Source: Veleropilina oligotropha (taxonomy: Eukaryota). From it: 64,000 nt of DNA. Of the stretch, positions 58,673 through 64,000 are shown in pieces (the stretch's first letter is position 1; every line of letters starts with the position of its first letter). The notes below the pieces were generated by a model that saw only the letters and a list, made by a program, of their open reading frames with translations, was not told where the DNA came from and searched no databases. The position numbers and the translations under genes are program-made. The stretch covers positions 496,001 through 560,000 of the forward strand of contig JBEUKZ010000047.1 in NCBI GenBank assembly GCA_048128005.1, written 5' to 3'.

Positions 58673-60175
58673 CTATTTATCCGGTGGAAGTACGGGCTTT
58701 ATGGGAGGTTTTGGCTTGTGCGGGCGATCCAATGGCTGATCGCTTTCCATTGGATCGTTGGCAGGAGGAAGCGGCCCAGGTGTTTCGGGGCTCTCCTCCG
58801 TCTGCCGGTGTAATTTGTCTGCTGCCGCCTTCCCACCCTTCATGGCAGCAGCAACAATTTCGGACGCGAGGTCCTCGATAATCGTGTCGGTATTATCAAT
58901 TTGGTCATCTGATTGTTCGTTAGTATCCATCAGGTGACCAAAGCGATTATGCAGCTTAATAGGGTCCTCGGACCCTTTGGGCTGTCGGTCTGTCTTGAGT
59001 GTTTGGTGTTTAATGGCTGCTGCCTTGCGAACAGCAGCAGCCTCTTTTTTAGAGTTATGAGTAGTAGGTTTGATTGATGTTTGTGTTGATTCTGATGATG
59101 ATGATGCTAACTTGTTTCGAGATGGTACAGTACTGAAGAATGGTTTGCCAGATGGCCAGGTAATATCAGTTTGCGTCGAAGAGGATCGAGTGATCGGCTT
59201 TTGCTCCGGTGCTGCAGCAATTGCAGCATAGGATCTGCCCGAAGTAGTGCGGGATTCCACCAGTTTCCTGGCATCCGGGAAAGAGATCCGGTCGATGGTC
59301 TTGACCCTCTGGATCTCTTTCTCGTGCTTCCACTTCGGACAGTCCTTAGAGTAAGCACAGTGCTTACCCTTGCAATTGGTGCACAGAGGCTGTTGGGAGC
59401 AAGAGTCAGAGTCATGACCCTCTTCGCTACAACGAGCACATGCGGGATTTCTTCTGCATCGGTCTTTGTGATGCCCAAATGCCTGGCATTTGAAGCATCT
59501 CAAGGGATTTGGAATGTATGGTTCTACAGGGATGTTGATGTAACCAGCTTTAACATATTTCGGAAGCACTGGAAGGCGGAAGTCCAAGATGATGGTGTTG
59601 ATGGGGATTTTCTTCCCATCCTTGAACATTGTCAGGCGTGTAACCTTGATTACACCCTGACTAGCCATGCCTTCCAGCAGTTCGGGTTCACTGCATCCCT
59701 GCAGGTCCCTGGATCTAATAACTCCCTTGGAGCTGTTCAAAGACCGATGCGGTCTGATTATTACAGGAATATTAACAAATGTATCTGTTCTAAGAAGGTT
59801 TTCCGCATGGCTCTTTCTGGCGCATTCAACCAGTAGTGTGCCATCTCGTAGTTTTTTAACGGATCGTGGTTCGCCAGCCAGGCCGAGAATGGCCTTGGAT
59901 ATGGCGAACGGACTCAGAGAAGTGATAGGAGTGTTGGAATTGCACGATTCCACCGTTAAAAAACGGGGCCAGCATTCCGGTACGACTGGTGGAGGGTCAG
60001 GTCTATACGGAGCATCTAGCTCAGGATGATAAGGTGTAGACCGGAAAGCGGCCAAAAATTTAGCGTCATCATCATCAGAAACAGAGTCGACGGATATATT
60101 CCGTCGCTTTGCTGCTGTGTGGTTTCGGCGTTTAGGAGGGTGTGGAGTTGCCATATTTTGTGTATTAAGTTTCAT
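58673..60175 (-). CDS. LINE ORF1: gag-like protein with three zinc knuckles
   Basis: CFKCQAFGHHKDRC, CARCSEEGHDSDSC, CTNCKGKHCAYSKDC; start set at the ATG aligned with element A (ORF track extends to 60319). Confidence 0.93.
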   Translation of the reverse strand: MKLNTQNMATPHPPKRRNHTAAKRRNISVDSVSDDDDAKFLAAFRSTPYHPELDAPYRPDPPPVVPECWPRFLTVESCNSNTPITSLSPFAISKAILGLAGEPRSVKKLRDGTLLVECARKSHAENLLRTDTFVNIPVIIRPHRSLNSSKGVIRSRDLQGCSEPELLEGMASQGVIKVTRLTMFKDGKKIPINTIILDFRLPVLPKYVKAGYINIPVEPYIPNPLRCFKCQAFGHHKDRCRRNPACARCSEEGHDSDSCSQQPLCTNCKGKHCAYSKDCPKWKHEKEIQRVKTIDRISFPDARKLVESRTTSGRSYAAIAAAPEQKPITRSSSTQTDITWPSGKPFFSTVPSRNKLASSSSESTQTSIKPTTHNSKKEAAAVRKAAAIKHQTLKTDRQPKGSEDPIKLHNRFGHLMDTNEQSDDQIDNTDTIIEDLASEIVAAAMKGGKAAADKLHRQTEESPETPGPLPPANDPMESDQPLDRPHKPKPPIKPVLPPDK

Positions 60176-60937
60176 CACCCGAGGTCCCCGCCCACCCCGG
60201 AGCCCAACAAGGGGGCATTTTAATGGGTGCGGAGTTCCAGCACCCAATGCCAGGGATACCCGGGTGATATACTCAAATAAGATAATGAATGTAGTGGTGG
60301 GAAATGTGTATCCCACCATCCATTACTCACTTGATTGACCCTTCAGCCACCGCCTTCTGGGATATAGATCGATTGATGGTATATGATCTGTTACATAGTG
60401 TTTTGATTGAAATGTATGAATGTAATATTATTAAAATATATTATCCCAGGGCTTGACGTGACAAGCCGATTGATCAGATAGGGCCTATCTGACCTCCCGT
60501 CTAGCTGAATCCGAGGCCAAAGTAGTGTGTTGCTTCAGCCTAAGCTGAAGCTCAACTACCAGGATCCTCTTCTCCAACATCACGGGTCGCCACCCACGGC
60601 AAACAGGTGGCTCCCATTTGGGGGGATCTTACCCCTCTGCAGGGAGAGCAGTCGGCATATTCTAACCCCTAACCGACTGGGGGTAGTAAGTCAAGAAAAA
60701 CAGCAAGTTAGTCTAGTACAAGGCTCTCGCTTGACTGCTCTGTCTAGCAGGAGTGAGTTTGAATTCTTGTTTTGGCGCTTTGTTCAGTAGACAGTCATAG
60801 TCGATCATAACTGTCTGGTGACGGCGTATTTCCCAGGTTTTCTTCCCATGACGATATGGACTTGGCCAGGTATGAACTTGAAGATTGTTAAGAACGTGAT
60901 ATTTGTATCGAGCGTAACCAAATTCAACAGCTAGTAA

Positions 60938-61624
60938 CCAAACCTAATGGATGTCATGTAGAAACAGGCCAAACCTAATAGATGGATGTCACGTAGAAAC
61001 AGGCCAAACCTAATAGATCGGATGTCATGTAGAAACAAGCCAAACCTAATAGATGGATGTCACGTAGAAACAGGCCAAACCTAATAGATGGATGTCATGT
61101 AGAAACAGGCCAAACCTAATATATCGGATGTCACATAGATAGAAACAAACCAAACCTAATAGATCGGATGTCACGTAGAAGTTTACAGGCCAAACCTAAT
61201 AGATAGATGTCATGTAGAAACAGGCCAAACCTAATAGATCGGATGTCACGTAGAAACAGGCCAAACCTAATAGATGGATGTTACGTAGAAACAGGCCAAA
61301 CCTAATAGATCGGATGTCACGTAGAAACAGGCCAAACCTAATAGATGGATGTCATGTAGAAACAGGCCAAACCTAATAGATCGGATGTCACATAGAAACA
61401 AACCAAACCTAATAGATCGGATGTCACGTAGAAGTTTACAGGCCAAACCTAATAGATAGATGTCATGTAGAAACAGTCCAAACCTAATAGATGGGATGTC
61501 ACGTAGAAGTTTACAGGCCAAACCTAATAGATGGGATGTCACGTAGAAACAGGCCAAACCTAATAGATGGGATGTCACGTAGAAACCGACCAAACCTAAT
61601 AGATGGATGTCACGTAGAAACAGG
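60938..61624. repeat. 35-bp minisatellite, copy 6
   Basis: Same unit as 7109-7795. Confidence 0.97.
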
Positions 61625-61821
61625 AGAGAAGTAGCATTCCAGGCATCCTACTTGTGCAAAAGAAAATCAAAATCAATTTAGCATAAACCACAATTACAGT
61701 AAAATGTCAGACTACATATTCACATTCTAATGATCTGACTAATCATATCTCATCCATTTTTTATAAGTTTAATATTTTATAGGATGAATTACTATGCTAC
61801 TTAGGATTTGTCTTTGATAAG

Positions 61822-62373
61822 ACCCCCGATACCACGGTAGAGGTGGCACCAGGGTTCTACAGCTTCGATTCCCTCGCCAAGACGATGAAGAGGTCCCTAG
61901 CTAACATGCGGCTCGAGGTAAGCCGTGCTACCGGACTCGCGCAACTCGTCCCAGAGGGGACTCGACTGGCGATAAGCGACGATATACGGAAGCTCCTCGG
62001 CTTCACCCTTTCAGGGTGGCTACTTATGACTTATGACAAGAACAAGCCTGTCGGGTCGCTGCAATGGCTACGCCCCGGGACTTATGACGGGAACAAGCCC
62101 GTCGGGTTTGCCATAGCAGCGACCCTACACGTTCATCTGGAGAAGCTCGGAACAACACACAATATGAAGGACGGCGCCCCGAGCAATATTCTCGCGGTGG
62201 TCCCTATAACGTCGCAGATGTTCGGTGAGGCTGCCCACTATCATAGCTATCCAGCCTTCCGGCGACTACAGGCGGGGCTACTCACATAATTGAAGGTGTA
62301 TGTCACCGACTCAGATGGTAACCCGCTCGACAATCACGGTATGCCTATTTCCGCCGTCCTTGAGATACAATGA
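61822..62373 (+). pseudogene. Truncated penton-like gene with premature stop
   Basis: Copy of 33050-33601 with TAA. Confidence 0.72.
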
Positions 62374-62729
62374 GCAGCATCTACGGGACCCCACTCCTGC
62401 TTGCAGATGAGCCTTCAGCGACCCAGTGGCACTTTGTTCTTAGTTGTGGGGAAGCGCCCAAGAAGGGGCTGGCGAGGAGGGAGTTTATGATCCCAAACGC
62501 TGGAGGTCGGTTTGGGTTGAACCCAGCCCTTCTAATGATCCACATGACGCCGGTCCAGCCGGCCGGGGGCGCCCCCAAAGCGTGTTCCATAAATAGACTT
62601 GGCCTGGATTCGGACAAGTTGACCCTCGCCTTTGCCATCAAGGCCCCCTGGGTGAACACCCTTTATTTGAACGTTACGGTAGACATTCGGAATCAACAGG
62701 CTGAACAATACAGCCACGGGGGGGACTAG
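62370..62729 (+). CDS. 119-aa hypothetical protein (copy 7)
   Basis: Copy of 232-591. Confidence 0.55.
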   Translation: MSSIYGTPLLLADEPSATQWHFVLSCGEAPKKGLARREFMIPNAGGRFGLNPALLMIHMTPVQPAGGAPKACSINRLGLDSDKLTLAFAIKAPWVNTLYLNVTVDIRNQQAEQYSHGGD

Positions 62730-63386
62730 GGGGTTTTGAAATAATCTAGGGGGGGCCCGGGGAGACCGGGGAGGCTCCCAGCCCTATTTCCGAACTGAGG
62801 GGCTCGTAATATATACCCGCAGGGCATTTTAGTAGAATTCGGGGAGGGGGGCCCGGGGGGTCGCCGGGGAGGCTCCCAGCGCCATCCGAAACTAGGGTAG
62901 CTTAGAATAGTCTATTTGGGGGCATTTTATAAGAATGGGCCAGGGGCGCGTCTATCAATTGTATTGTTTAATTTTGCTTCCTGGTCTCGAAAGAAGGCGG
63001 CGCAAAGGCGGTGGGTGCGGTAAACGCAAGGTGGACAGTAAGTACAGCATGCGCAAGGTGGATAGTAAGTGGTCGGGGGGGGTACGGCATGTTCAAGTTG
63101 GATAGTAAGTGGTCGAATAGATACGGCAAGGTTCACAGGGTGGCCATAGCTTTTAACATGGTCAACAGGGTAGCCATAGCTGTGTGATCGACAAGGTGAC
63201 CATAGGTGTTTAAAAATAACCTCTTAAAAAAATTTGCTGCAGTTTCGAGAGAAACAGCCATATATATCTATATTTGGAAAAGACAAACGGAACAGGCCCA
63301 ATGCCAAATTTTATTTTGTTGAGAATTCCAAGTATTGCACCATAGTATTAATAAACTCAGCGTCACTCTTAACCTGTCCATTGCAG

Positions 63387-63497
63387 AGTAGGCATTGAGT
63401 TCAGTCTGACCCCAAACGACGTACACGGCCTCCCACCGAACCTGGCGTTCCTGTATGAGTTCACCAACAAAATGATGAAGAAGGATAAGAACACAGT
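63387..63497 (+). pseudogene. STAG1/2: STAG/SA exon a, copy 7 (exon b lies beyond the window)
   Basis: Copy of 1249-1359. Confidence 0.8.
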
Positions 63498-64000
63498 GTG
63501 AGTTCTCTGATGTTTATGGCTACACAGTGTGAATTCTTGGATGTTATGTTTACAAATATATAATTATTTGGGTATTGATTGCATTGAACTTGTGATTGTA
63601 TTCATTCAGGATCTTCCATTTTTTTCTCCATTTTGTTTGATTGGCGTCATCGACTGAGCAGTTACCACTCCAGGCATCCTACTTGTGCAAAAGAAAATCA
63701 AAATCAATTTAGCATAAACCACAATTACAGTAAAATGTCAGACTACATATTCACATTCTAATGATCTGACTAATCATATCTCATCCATTTTTTATAAGTT
63801 GAATATTTTATAGGATGAATTACTATGCTACTTAGGATTTGTCTTTGATAAGTATGGATTTGTCTTTGATAAGTATGCAAAGAGCGATGGCAGTCCTTAG
63901 CAGTGATCCATATGTACGAGAATAGTATTGGTGAATCTAGTACATTAATTGTATGCGTGGCGAAGTCTGCCTATATGTTTTCGCACAACTCAAAAAGTCT

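Larger units (their letters stand above)
54651..60684 (-). mobile_element. Full-length I-group (Nimb-like) non-LTR retrotransposon, element B (~6.03 kb)
   Basis: Two intact ORFs, (TCAAA)n tail, 12-bp TSD AGTAAGTCAAGA at 54639-54650 and 60685-60696; same 5' end (ACCCCCAGTCGG) as element A. Confidence 0.97.
1..64000. repeat. Tandem macrosatellite array, ~8.31-kb composite unit, 6 full copies + 1 partial
   Basis: The same 119-aa ORF starts at 232, 8541, 16974, 25288, 33598, 48012 and 62370. Spacings are 8309, 8433, 8314, 8310, 14414 and 14358, and the longer ones are explained by single-unit insertions. Units otherwise differ by scattered SNPs and small indels. Confidence 0.98.

Noticed and set aside
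60176..60319. N-terminal extension of ORF1 in element B (548 aa)
   Set aside because: Absent from element A's ORF1, and it overlaps the structured 5' UTR; probably a fortuitous open frame
1..64000. Array as a pure assembly artefact
   Set aside because: Units carry private SNPs, private insertions with proper TSDs and interspersed shared alleles; exact copy number still needs read support

Overview
Eukaryotic DNA, probably from an invertebrate animal. The whole window is a head-to-tail tandem array of a near-identical ~8.31-kb unit: six full copies plus one partial, at offsets 0, 8309, 16742, 25056, 33366, 47780 and 62138. Each unit is a patchwork. It carries a 5'-truncated Polinton/Maverick/adintovirus-like minor capsid (penton) gene with an overlapping 119-aa orphan ORF and a G-rich repeat. 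It also carries two host exons of a cohesin SA/STAG gene with their intron (missed by the ORF track), a 30-bp minisatellite and a Helentron/HINE-like end. These are followed by a dead Tc1/mariner (maT-like) transposon, a 5'-truncated I-group (Nimb-like) LINE, two unassigned ORFs, a myosin-II-tail-like exon and a 35-bp minisatellite. Three insertions are each confined to one unit: two full-length, intact I/Nimb-like LINEs (40891-46981 and 54651-60684, with ~12-bp TSDs) and a 134-bp L2-like 3' end (14071-14204). No rRNA, tRNA, snRNA or CRISPR array was recognised. All family assignments come from motif recognition by eye, not database searches.
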